From the NCBI GenBank assembly GCA_014905635.1, contig JABVCE010000002.1:2666001-2730000 (forward strand): DNA of 64,000 nucleotides, written 5' to 3'. Numbering within the stretch: position 1 is the stretch's first letter; each line of letters starts with the position of its first letter. This stretch comes from Scenedesmus sp. PABB004 (taxonomy: Eukaryota). The position numbers and the translations under genes were made by a program. The notes beneath the pieces are model-generated. The model did no database searches. It saw only the letters and a list, made by a program, of their open reading frames with translations, and had not been told where the DNA came from. This document shows positions 34,863 through 45,805 of the stretch, one piece after another.

Positions 34863-36133
34863 ATGCTGACGCACCCCTCACACCGCGCGCCGATGCGGCC
34901 GGCGAGCGGCGGCCGGGGGCCGGCGGCCACACGCTGCTGCCGGCCCTTCACGAGCACGCCGCCGCACAGGCGGGCCCTGCGCGTCGCAGCCATGACGCCC
35001 CAGGAGGAGCTGAGGTGTGGTGGCGCGCGTCGGGGGGAAAAACGCGGCCGCCAGCAGGGCGGGCTGGCGCGCGGCGCTGCGCGCGGCGCAGCGCGCGGCG
35101 CCAGGCGCGGCTTAGGCGCGCCGCCGCGCCCGGGGCAACACAGGAAGCGCGAGGGCGACCGCGTGCAGCTTCGCAGCGAGGCCGAGGCGCCCTGGCGCGC
35201 GCTGCGGCTGGTGTTTTACGGTTTCAGCGTCGCCAGCGCGGGCGTGGCGAGCCTCATCAGCGTGCCGCAGCTCATCGGCGCCACGGCGGGCGTGCCCGGC
35301 GCGCTGGCGGTCGAGTCGGTGATCCAAAACATCGGCATCAACCTCGGGGCGGTCACCGTGTTCGGCCTCCTTTTCCGCCAAGACTGGTGCGCGGCGGCGC
35401 GGCCGCGCCGCGTGCGCACCGCCTCGGGGCCGCGCCGTGCCCTGCGCGCCGAGCCCTGCGCGCCGCCGCCGCCGCCGCCGCGGCCCACTCGACGCGCCGC
35501 GGCCCCGCCCGCCACGGCAGGCTGGCGCGGGAGAAGCAGCTGGACCGGCTGCGGCGCGAGGACGCGCTGGCGGGCCTGCCGATTGCGCTCGGCAACGGCA
35601 AGCGCCTGCGCCTGGGCGCGCTGCAGGGCAGCTCGCGCGTCGTGGTGGTGGCGGGCACGCCGCAGCAGGTGGCGGACGCGCTCGCCGCGGCCGAGCCGCA
35701 CAGGGAGGCGCTGCAGCGGCGCGGCGTGTTTGTGGTGCCGCTGCCGGTGTTTGGTGACCAAGCGGGTGCGCGGCGGCGGCGCGCGGCGCGGTCGCGGGCG
35801 GGGCGATGCCGCGCCGCGCTCATGCTGCCGCCTCGCCGCCCCCTCCCCCCTCGCGCAGGCGCGCCGCCGCTGTCGCCGCCGGGCCCGGACGAGCTGCGCT
35901 GGCGCGCGGCGGCGCTGCAGCCGGACGCCTGGCGCGGCTGGTTTGCGGAGCAGCTGGAGGGCAAGGCCGCCACGCCGGACCGGGGCCTGTTTGTGGGGCT
36001 GCGCCTCGACGGCCGCGTGCGATCCAGCGGCATGGGCCCGCCGCCGTGGGCGCGGTACGCTGTCGAGCTCGCCCCGCTGGAGGGCGAGGACAAGTGGACA
36101 GGATTCTTTGATGGCTTTGATGGGAAAGTCTGA
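34863..36133 (+). CDS. LOW PSII ACCUMULATION 1-like (DUF3493) thylakoid protein (4 exons)
   Basis: LRSEAEAPWRALRLVFYG, two TM segments, LQGSSRVVVVAGT, GLRLDGRVRSSGMGPPPW and WTGFFDGFDGKV. Confidence 0.85.
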
Positions 36134-36389
36134 CGGCTCGGAGGCTCGGGTGACCGCCATGCCGCGTTGCCGCACGCGACCCGGCTGCGCACAACGCGGT
36201 GCAGGAGCCGTTCAGAGCCGTCAGGGGCAGTGCAGGTACAGCGACCGCAGGCACAGCGACCGCAGGCAGAGACAGAGCTAGACCCCCGAGCAGCGTTTGA
36301 CTTTTGACCTCATCTGCGCGCGCGCTCATTGCGGCGACCACAGATGCGACAATTGCGGCGCGCGTGTAGCCCGCGGCACGCGCCCACAC
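35323..36389. repeat. Left arm of ~1.07-kb inverted repeat (pairs with 41030-42095)
   Basis: Its reverse complement matches 41030-42095 with about 7 differences by eye. Confidence 0.95.
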
Positions 36390-36649
36390 GGATTGCCAGC
36401 GCGCCCCGCCCACACAGGCTGCTGCCTGCTGGGGGCGCGTGCAGGTGTTTGAGAGGGAGTAGTGGTGGAACGACACAACTGCACGCCCCTTCCCCCCAAA
36501 TTCCCCCCTGCGCCGGCCCGGAAAGCAGAGCAGTGGCCGCCGCCCCGTCTCAACGGCGCCCAGCGCCATTTCCCGTGCGCGCACAGCGTGGCCCACGCAC
36601 AGAAGCAACAATCCCACCCTCGAGCCCAACCATGCCCGCTCTCCGCAGC

Positions 36650-38653
36650 TCACTGCGTCGTCGGCGGCGGCTGCGCGCTCGCATACTGCCGCAGCAGCGT
36701 CACGAGGTGCGACACGTCCACCGTACGCCCCTGCGATAGCACCTCCGCCAGCGCCTCCGCCGCGCGCTCGCCGGGCACGGGCGCGGGCGCCGGCTTGGGC
36801 AGGCCGGCGCTCGCGTCGCCGCTGCCGTGCCCGCTGCTGCTGCCGCAGGCCGCGCCGCCAGGCTGGCGCAGCGAGTTGTGCGTGGGCAGGCGCGACGGCG
36901 GCGCCTCGGGCCCGTCGGCGCCGCCCGGCGCCGACTGCGCGGCCCCGGCCGCCAGCGTCCAGCCGGGCTCCGCCGCGCGTGCGGCCCTGCCGCTGCCCGG
37001 ACCTCCGTCCGTGCGGCGGCGCTTGGCGGGCGCGGCGTCGCCCCCTGGCGACGCATCGCCCAGCGGGGCGCACGCGCCGCCGGCCTCGACGCGCTTGCGC
37101 TGCTGCTGCCGCTCGTGCTCCGCGAGGGACGCCAGGTAGGCGCCGAGGCGGCCGCCGCCGCCGGTGGAGCCGCCGCCGCCAGCGCTGCCGCCGGCAGCCA
37201 CCGCGGCGGCCAGCAGCGCCGCCGCTGCGGGGCCGCTGCGGCTGCCGCTGCCGCTGCTGGAGCGCGGGTCCAGGGTGCTGCTGTGCTGCGGCGCGCCGCG
37301 CGCGCTGCTGGCGGCCGTCAGCTCGCCGCTGCCCCGCTCCAGGCTGCGCGAGCGCGCCGGCGACAGCGCCGCGCCGCCGGCTGCCGCGCCGTCGCCGCCC
37401 GCGCGTGGGCGCGGCGGCGGCTGCGCCGCAGCGGCCGCGGCGGCGCGCGCCGCCGCGGCGAGGCCCTCGCTGCTGCCGAATGCGCCGACCGAGTCAAACC
37501 CGGCCCCGCCGGCCGCGCCGCACCCCGCCGCCGCGGCGGCGGCCGCGGCGGCAGCCGCGGCGATGGTCGCTGCGGCCGCCGCGGGCGCTGCGGGCGCGAG
37601 CAGCTGTGCGAGCTCGGCACCGCCGCTGCCAGTGGGCGCCGCAGCGCCGGCGCCGGCGCCGCCGCCGGCGCTCGCGCTGCCGCCGCTGACGAAATGCGCC
37701 TCCTCGCCGTACGGCGCCGCGCCGGCGCAGCCGAGGCCGCCAAACATGAGCTCGCCGCCGGCGCTGCTCCAGAGCTTGAGGCTGTCCAGCAGCGCGAGCG
37801 ACGCGGCGGGGCTGAAGCCGCCGCCGCGGCCGCCCTCGTCGCCGCTGGCCAGCGTCTGCAGCAGCGAGTGAAACTCGCTGCCCGAGGCCGACGGCTCCGG
37901 CTCCGCGGCCGTCGGCGGCGGCGCGGGCGGCGCGGGGCTGGCGCGCAGGTGCGGTGCCATCTGCAGCGGCGGTGCATGCGCGGCCAGCCCTGCGCCGGCG
38001 CTGGGCGCCGCCGCGCGCCTGCCGCCGCACGCCGCAGCCAGCTCCGCCTGCAGCTCAGCGCTCAGCAGCGCGCTGGGCAGGCCCGGCCCCAGGGGCGAGA
38101 CGCGCTCGAGAAGGGACAGCGCAGGGCTGCCCAGCCCCGGCGCATGCTGCCCGGATGCGTGCGCGCCGGGCACGGCCTGCCGCTGCGCGGCCGCCGCCCG
38201 CGCGGCGGCCACGGCGCGCGGCGACACCGGCTCCGCCGCTGCGGCCGCCGCGCTCGGCTCGGCGGGCGGCGCGCCGCCCGGCTGCGGGCCCCCGTGCCAG
38301 CTGCGCGGCCGGCGCTGCCCCGGCTTGCGCCGCGCAGGCTGCGGCTCCGTGTCCGCCGGCGCCTGCAGCCGCCGCTGCACCTGCGCCCACTCCTGGTGCT
38401 GCTGCTCCAGCAGCGCGCCCGCCGCCGCCGCCGCGAGCTTGTCCAGGCTGCTGCGCTCCTTGAGCGCCGCGGCGGCGCCGGCGTCCACGCCGCCCGCCCC
38501 GGCGGGCCCCGCGCTGTCCTCGTCGCGCGCGAGCGCGCCCAGGTGCGGCTCGGCAGCGCCAGGGTGCGGCGGGGCCTCCGCGCCAGGCAGCGGGCTGGAC
38601 GCCGGCCACCGCTCTGGCGGCGGCTGGTCCAGCAGCGACTGCTGCTGCTGCTG

Positions 38654-38695
<42 letters not shown>

Positions 38696-39150
38696 GTGCT
38701 GGTGCTGCTGCTCCACGCCACCAGCGAGCGCGAGACGCCCGAGGCGACGGAGGTGGTGGCACGCGTAGCGCACCGCCAGCTGGCACGTGCAGGCTGCCTC
38801 GGCCTCGCCGTCGAACGAGCCGCCCTGCAGCCACACCGCGCCGTCCCACAGCGCCGTGCCCCAGCGCAGGCGCGCCGCGCCGCCGGTGCCGCCCGACGCC
38901 GAGCTGCGCTGAGAAAACACAATGCCGCACAGCCCGCCAGCGCCCTGGACGAGCAGCTCCAGCTGCGCGCCAAGCGGCAGGTGCGCCGCGAGGTTGGGCA
39001 GTCGGACGAGGCCGGGCGCGGGCTCTGCGCTCCCCGCCGCCAGCGCGGCTGCCGCGACGGCGCCCTGCAACGTCGCCGCGCCGCCCTGCAGCAAGCCGTG
39101 CAGCGCCGCGAGGTGCGACGCCTCGCCCGAGTCGTCGTGCGCCGCCACGG

Positions 39151-39200
<50 letters not shown>

Positions 39201-40261
39201 TGCTGCGCATGTGCCTGCTGCTGCTGCAGCATGCCGAGCAGCGCCGCCTGCTGCTGCAGCATCGCCTGCTGCTCCGGCGTGACGCAGCCGCCGGCGAGGT
39301 AGCCAGCCGCGCCCGCCGCTGCGTGCTGCGTCAGTATCGCCGCGTCCGTCGCCGCTGCGGTCGCCGCCTGCTGCAGCAGCGCAAGGTCATAGGGGCCGGC
39401 GCCCGCAGCCTTCCACCCCGACAGCAGCGCCTCCGCGGCGGGCGCGCCGCCGCCGTCGCTGCCGGCTGGGGCCTGCGCCCCGGCGGACGTGCCCGCTGCC
39501 GCGGGCGCCGCCGCGGCCGCCGCAGCCGCCGCGGCCGCCGCCGCGCCCGGCGCGGTGATGATGCCGCCGCCGCCCGGGTGCGCCGCCGCGAGCCGCCGCG
39601 CCGCCGTGCCCGCGCCGCTGGGCCCGCTGCGCGGCTTGCGCGTCACGCCCGCGAGCGCGAGCGCCTGCGCGGTGGCCATCTTCTGTGTGAGCACCAGCTG
39701 CTCGTGCACCGCGATGACCGCGTCCAGCGCCTCGTCGGCGACGACCTGGCGGCGGCAGCGGGCGCGCGCGCGGGCGGGCGGCGCTCGCGTGTGTGCGCGC
39801 GCGCAGGGGCGAGCGGGGCTGCACGCGCCGCGCGCGGGGGGCCGCGGCGCCGGCCGCGGCGCTGGGCGCACCTCGCCGGCGGCGTCGAGGTAGGTGCTGA
39901 CATCAAAGTTGGTCTTGGTGCGCGTGCCGCGCAGCTTGAGGGCCGCGAGGTCAAACGTGCGCGCCGCGTCCTCCTCGCGCCGGAAGCTGCCCAGGTAGAG
40001 GTACCTGCGCCCGGCGCGGGCGGCGGCGGCGCGGCCGTGGCGCGACGGCGCCGGCGCGGCCGGGGCGCGACGGCGCGGCCGCGGGCGCTCGCCGGCGCTC
40101 GCTCGGCGCGGCACTCACTTGCCGCCGCTGTTGATGGACGCCTGCCAGCGCTTATTCTTCTTGTTCCAGCACACGCCGGTGTAGCGGCTGGTGAGCGCGC
40201 CGCCGCGCGCCGCGGCCGCTGCCGCGCCGTCGTCGCCGGCGGCCGCCGCCGTCGTCGGCAT
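36650..40261 (-). CDS. AP2/ERF-domain transcription factor with polyQ tracts (3 exons)
   Basis: TSRYTGVCWNKKNKRWQASINSGGK|YLYLGSFRREEDAARTFDLAALKLRGTRTKTNF is a canonical AP2 domain. Confidence 0.9.
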
Positions 40262-41029
40262 GGCGCTGCCGGCGCGCCGCACCGGGCCTACGCCCACCCC
40301 ATCATGCAGCAGCGCCCCTGCGGCCGGTGGCGGGCGGCGGGTGAGAACGAGGACGCGAGCCCACCTCTCCCAGTGGGGAGGCAGCAGCAGCCGGCCCGCC
40401 GCGACGCCGGGCGCAGCTGCCGGCAGGCCAATGACACACAGGTCGGTCCAAGCAGCCCCGGGGCAGCCTGGCATGGCGCGAGGATGCCCCGCGGGCGCGC
40501 AGGGCCCGCCGATGCCCGCCCTCCTCGCACCCGGCTCGCGCGCAGGTGGCGGGCCGTGCGGTGGCGCGTGCAGGCCGGTGCGCTCGTGGAGCGGTGCGCC
40601 GCCCTTGGCTGCAGCAGCTTGCTTGGGCCGGGCCTCCTGCTGCCTCCGCGGCGCGGTCGCCCGTTCGCCACGTTCTCCGAGTTTCCCGCCCCGGGCAACT
40701 CTGCGCTCCGCCACGTTGCTCGGGCAGGAGGCTGCGGCGGCGGGCGCGCGCTGAGCCGCCGCGCGCGCTGGGCCCCGCGCCTGCGCCCCGCGCCGGCGCC
40801 GGCGCTCGCGCCGCCGCGCCGCCGCTGCTGGCGCTGCAGACGGCACGCTCCTGGGAGCACCCCACCTCGAGTGCTGCGCGGCGCCGGAGCGCGGGGCCGG
40901 GCAGCCGGGCGGGCGGCGCGCAGGCGCCCGTCGCGGCGCGCGGCTGGCGCGGCGGCGCCGCCCGGCCCGGGGCAGTCTACTCTGCCCTGCCCTGCCCCCC
41001 CCCCCCCGCCGGCAATCTGTACAGCCCAT

Positions 41030-42095
41030 GTGTGGGCGCGTGCCGCGGGCTACACGCGCGCCGCAATTGTCGCATCTGTGGTCGCCGCAATGAGCGCGCG
41101 CGCAGACGAGGTCAAAAGTCAAACGCTGCTCGGGGGTCTAGCTCTGTCTCTGCCTGCGGTCGCTGTGCCTGCGGTCGCTGTACCTGCACTGCCCCTGACG
41201 GCTCTGAACGGCTCCTGCACCGCGTTGTGCGCAGCCGGGTCGCGTGCGGCAACGCGGCATGGCGGTCACCCGAGCCTCCGAGCCGTCAGACCTTGCCACC
41301 AAAGCCATCAAAGAATCCTGTCCACTTGTCCTCGCCCTCCAGCGGGGCGAGCTCGACAGCGTACTGCGCCCACGGCGGCGGGCCCATGCCGCTGGATCGC
41401 ACGCGGCCGTCGAGGCGCAGCCCCACAAACAGGCCCCGGTCCGGCGTGGCGGCCTTGCCCTCCAGCTGCTCCGCAAACCAGCCGCGCCAGCGTCCGGCTG
41501 CAGCGCCGCCGCGCGCCAGCGCAGCTCGTCCGGGCCCGGCGGCGACAGCGGCGGCGCGCCTGCGCGAGGGGGGAGGGGGCGGCGAGGCGGCAGCATGAGC
41601 GCGGCGCGGCATCGCCCCGCCCGCGACCGCGCCGCGCGCCGCCGCCGCGCACCCGCTTGGTCACCAAACACCGGCAGCGGCACCACAAACACGCCGCGCC
41701 GCTGCAGCGCCTCCCTGTGCGGCTCGGCCGCGGCGAGCGCGTCCGCCACCTGCTGCGGCGTGCCCGCCACCACCACGACGCGCGAGCTGCCCTGCAGCGC
41801 GCCCAGGCGCAGGCGCTTGCCGTTGCCGAGCGCAATCGGCAGGCCCGCCAGCGCGTCCTCGCGCCGCAGCCGGTCCAGCTGCTTCTCCCGCGCCAGCCTG
41901 CCGTGGCGGGCGGGGCCGCGGCGCGTCGAGTGGGCCGCGGCGGCGGCGGCGGCGGCGCGCAGGGCTCGGCGCGCAGGGCACGGCGCGGCCCCGAGGCGGT
42001 GCGCACGCGGCGCGGCCGCGCCGCCGCGCACCAGTCTTGGCGGAAGAGGAGGCCGAACACGGTGACCGCCCCGAGGTTGATGCCGATGTTTTGGA
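41030..42095. repeat. Right arm of inverted repeat (copy of the LPA1-like 3' region and 3' flank)
   Basis: Reverse complement of 35323-36389. Confidence 0.95.
41286..42095 (-). pseudogene. 5'-truncated LPA1-like duplicate
   Basis: Begins mid-exon 2 (QNIGINLGAV) with no ATG or exon 1. Has a 1-nt deletion near 41490 and substitutions R>Q and D>G. Introns are retained, so it is a DNA-level copy. Confidence 0.85.
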
Positions 42096-42104
42096 GCCTC
42101 AACC

Positions 42105-42371
42105 TGCACTGGCGTGGTGTGGAGCCGGAGCGGGGGTGCCGCGTGTCGCGGGCTGGCAGCTGGGCGGGTGGCGGCGCGCATGACCCCGACGCTGCAGCGC
42201 CGCGGGCCTGTCCGCCGCCATGTCGGGTGCGGCGCGCGCGGGGGCGGCCTGCGCGCCACGCAGACGCGCGGCGCCGGCGCTGCTGCGGGGCCGCGGCGGG
42301 CGGCAGCGCTGGCGCACCACACGGCGCAAGCCGGCGGCGCGCGCCGCCGACCCCGACGCCTGCGACGCCCG
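42105..42371. repeat. Diverged inverted fragments of the TMEM14/LPA1 promoter (34646-34732) and the TMEM14 exon 1 end plus intron (34115-34285)
   Basis: TGCACTGGCGTGGTGTGGAGCCGGAG and CTGTCCGCCGCCATGTCGGGTGCGG... match reverse complements of the source regions. The two pieces join at a CCGCGG microhomology. Confidence 0.85.
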
Positions 42372-42604
42372 CGCTCACGGGCGTGGTCGGCACAAACCGC
42401 AAACCGCGGGCGCATGACAAGCCACGTAGCCGGGTGGTCAGGCCGGTGTTTCCCTACACCGCCCTCCGCACACGCAGCAGCCCCCCCCCCCCCCCCAGCG
42501 CTCCGCTGCCCACGCGCGCGGGCGGGCCCGCGCAGCAGCAGCGGCGGCGGCGGCGCGGCGCGGCGGCCGGTTGGTGCAGGCCGCGCGCCCGCGCGCGTGC
42601 AGCG

Positions 42605-45600
42605 ATGGAGGTGGACCAGGCCGAGGCCGGCGCGGCGCCCGCGGCGCCCACGGCCAACCTGGCGCTGTCCATCCTGCTCACCATCAAGCCGGCGCAGCTG
42701 CAGAACGGGCTGAAGCACGGCGACTACGGGCGCTACAGGTGTGGCGTGAAGATGATCGAGGCGGTTCGCAGCCGGCGCGGCATCCCCGGCGCGCCCCGCC
42801 GACGGCGCAGCGGGGGCCTGATCCCCCGGCTGCCCCCCCGTGGCGCCGGCGCGCCCGCTGATGCCCCCGGCCTGCCACGGCGCACGACCGCGCGACCCTG
42901 GTCCCGGGCCACACCGCACTCAGCGGCTCCAACCGCCGGCGGCGCCAACCGCCGCCCGCCGCCGCTGCCGCCCGCCGCTGCTGCTGCCGCCGCGCGCGCG
43001 CGCGCAGGCAGTACTGCGCGCGCCGGCTGCGCTCACTGTACAAGGCGCTCAAGTTCCTGCACGGCAAGGGGCGGTACCAGAAGAAGAAGCTGGACGTGCC
43101 CCAGGTCACGGACGCGCGGTGCGACTGCGCAGCCGCACGCCGCAGCGGCGGCGGCGGCGGCGGCGGCGCGCCGCGCCACGGCCGCGCGCCACAGGCGCAC
43201 ACCACGGCCGTGCCACGGCCGCGCCGCGCCGCCGCGCAGGCACCTGCACATCGTGCTGGTGTCGGCGGAGCGCGCGTGGGCGCAGGCGATGCAGCTGAAG
43301 CAGGAGGGCGAGGCGGCCGCTGGCGGCGAGGGCGGCGGCGCGACGAGCGCGGCGCGCAAGCGCCGCCACGCGCTGCGCCGCCTCACCAAGGCGGCGACGT
43401 GGGCGGCGCAGCTCGCGTCGCTCGCGGGCGCGGTGTGCGACACGCGCAGCGCACTCGAGGCCGACGGCTACGCCTGCTGGATGGCCGGCAACGTGCTCAT
43501 GGAGCGCGAGGCCGACTGGGAGGGCGCCGCAGCGGCGTACAGCCGCGCAAAGTGAGCGCGCGGCGCCGCGCGTGCGGGGGCGCGGGGCCGCGGCACTGTG
43601 GCACTGCGCCGCGCCGTGCTGCGCCGCGCCGTGCTCGAGCGCGCGGGCGCCGCGCCGTGCGTCGCGCCGCGCCGCGCAGGACGGTGTTCAGCGAGCTCGC
43701 CAAGGTCGGCGACGCGGAGAGCCAGGCGCTGTGCGGGACGATGGTGGAGGAGCTCGGCCCCGCGCTGCGGTACTGCGCGTACCAGATCCAGCGCGCCGGC
43801 GGCGCCGCGCCAGACCCGGCCGCGCTGCTCGCGCTCGCGGGCGGCGGCGCCGAGGGCGGCGGCCTGCTGCAGGTGCGGCGGCGCAGCGGGCGGGGCGCTG
43901 GCGCCCGCGGCGGGCCGCGGCGGCAGCTGCTCGCGGCGCGGCCGCGCGGCCGCGCCGACGCGCCGACGCGCCGACGCGCCGCCGCGGCCGCGCAGAGCAA
44001 GCTGGCCATCCTGGCGGCGGAGGCGCAGACGGCACAGGCGGCGTCGACGAGCAGCTTTGCGTGGCGCGGCATCAAGGCGGGCGTGGCGCAGGAGCGCGTG
44101 CGCGTGCCGCTGCACGCGGCCGAGGAGCTGAGCGCGACGCTGGAGAACGCCATGGACACGGGTGCGCCCGTCCGGCTGCGCCGCCGGCGGCGGCGCCGCC
44201 CCTCCCTTCTCTTCCAGCCCCCCCCCTCCCCCCCCCCCCACCCACCTCGTAACGCCGTGCCGCTGTGCGCCTGCCCCCCTCCCTCCCCTGCCCCCCAGGC
44301 GACGGGGCCGAGGCGGCGCTCCCCGTGCACGACAAGGTCATCAACCTCTACGGCGAGGCGCGCGCCGCCGTGCGCGCGGCGCTCAAGGCCGCGCAGACCG
44401 GCGGCGGCGCTGGCGGCGCAAAGGGCGCCGACGCGGCAGGTGCGGCGGCGCATAGCGCCCGGCGCCTGGGCGCCCGGCGCGGCGGGGCGCGGAGGCCGGC
44501 ACCGACGTGCGGCGCTGGCGTGCGCGCGGCCGCGCCGCGCAGACGCGGGCGACGTCGAGGAGCTGTCGCGGCTCGAGGCGGCGCTGTCTGGGCGCATCCT
44601 GGAGGCCTCGCTCGCGCGCGGCGAGGCGGCGGCGGCAGACGCGGACGCGCGGCTGGAGGCGGCGCTTGCGCGCACGGCGGCAGGCAAGCCCGGCCGCGGC
44701 GGCAAGGAGGGCAGGTGCGGCGCGCCCGCGCGCCGCGCTCGCGCGCGGCGCCCGCGCAGCTGGCGGCGCCGGGCCCCTGGCTCCTGGCCCGGGCCAGGCG
44801 GCGGCTGCCTCACCCCCGCCTGACCCCCGGCCCCGCCTGACCCCGCCCCCGCGCGCCCCAGGCCGGCCAAGCCGGAGGACCTGGTGCGGCTCAACACCAA
44901 CCTCTGCCAGCTCGCGGGAGAGCTCGAGGAGTTTGCCAGCCACCTCGGCGGCCGCCAGGGCGAGGCGCTCGCCGCCGCCGCCGCCGCGCGGGGCGCCGCG
45001 TACGGCGCGGCGCGCTGCTACTACATCGGCCACGCCGCGCTCGCGTCGGGCGAGCGCTGGGCCGAGGCCGGCGGCATGCTGCGCCGCGCCGGCGAGCGCG
45101 CGGCGGCGGCGCGCGCGGCGATCGAGGTGCGGGCGGGGCGCGCGGCGCGGCGGGCGGGCGGGGGCGCCGCGACAGCGGCGGCGCCTGGGCGCCGTGCCCC
45201 ACACGCCACGCACGCCGCCGCGCGCAGGAGCTGCCGGCGGGCGAGGTGTCGGCGCGGGCATGCCTGCCCCGCCTGGCGCGCCTGGCCGACGCGGCGGCGG
45301 CGTACCTGGTGGTCGCGGGCGCGGAGGCGGCGGCGGACAGCGCGGAGGGCGCGGAGGGCGCGGCGCGCGGGCTGGAGGGCCTCGGGCTCGCGGGCCAGGC
45401 GGCGCCCGCGGCGGCGCCGCCGGGGTGCCTCGCGGACGCGCTGGACGCGTGGACGTCGTTCGCGGGGTCGGGGTCGGGGCGCGGCGCGGCGCTGGTGTCG
45501 GGGCCGTACGCCCTGCGCGCCATTGCGCCGCGGCCCATCATGCTCGACAGCGCCGCGGCCGAGGTGGCCTACCCAGACCTGGGGCACCGCGTCAAGCGCC

Positions 45601-45668
45601 GCAAGACCGCCGCCGCCGCGGGCGCGACAGGCACGCTGTCCCGCCTGTTTGGCGGCTGGGGCAGCTGA
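42605..45668 (+). CDS. SRP68: Signal recognition particle subunit SRP68 (about 9 exons)
   Basis: LSILLTIKPAQLQNGLKHGDYGRYR|QYCARRLRSLYK, HLHIVLVSAERAWAQAMQLK, PALRYCAY, RPIMLD and terminal LSRLFGGWGS. Confidence 0.92.
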
Positions 45669-45722
45669 CCGGCGAGCGCGCGCACGCGCGGCGCGGCGGG
45701 GCGCGACGCCGCCGCGGCGGGT

Positions 45723-45727
45723 TGTAA
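45723..45727 (+). terminator. TGTAA polyadenylation signal of SRP68
   Basis: About 55 nt after the stop codon. Confidence 0.65.
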
Positions 45728-45805
45728 CGCTGCGCGCAGCCGTGCGAGCGCGCGCGGGGTCGCCAAGCGTCACACGCAGCGCAGCCCGCGCCGCGCAGCC
45801 ACGCG

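Noticed and set aside
35323..42095. Inverted repeats as transposon TIRs (MULE/foldback) carrying AP2
   Set aside because: The arms are host LPA1 gene sequence with introns. I see no transposase and no target-site duplication.
36827..43555. 2242-aa + strand ORF, and similar giants at 16769-20794, 1531-4062 and 32112-34790
   Set aside because: Arg/Ala/Pro-rich shadow frames caused by stop scarcity at extreme GC. They run antisense to or across recognisable spliced genes.
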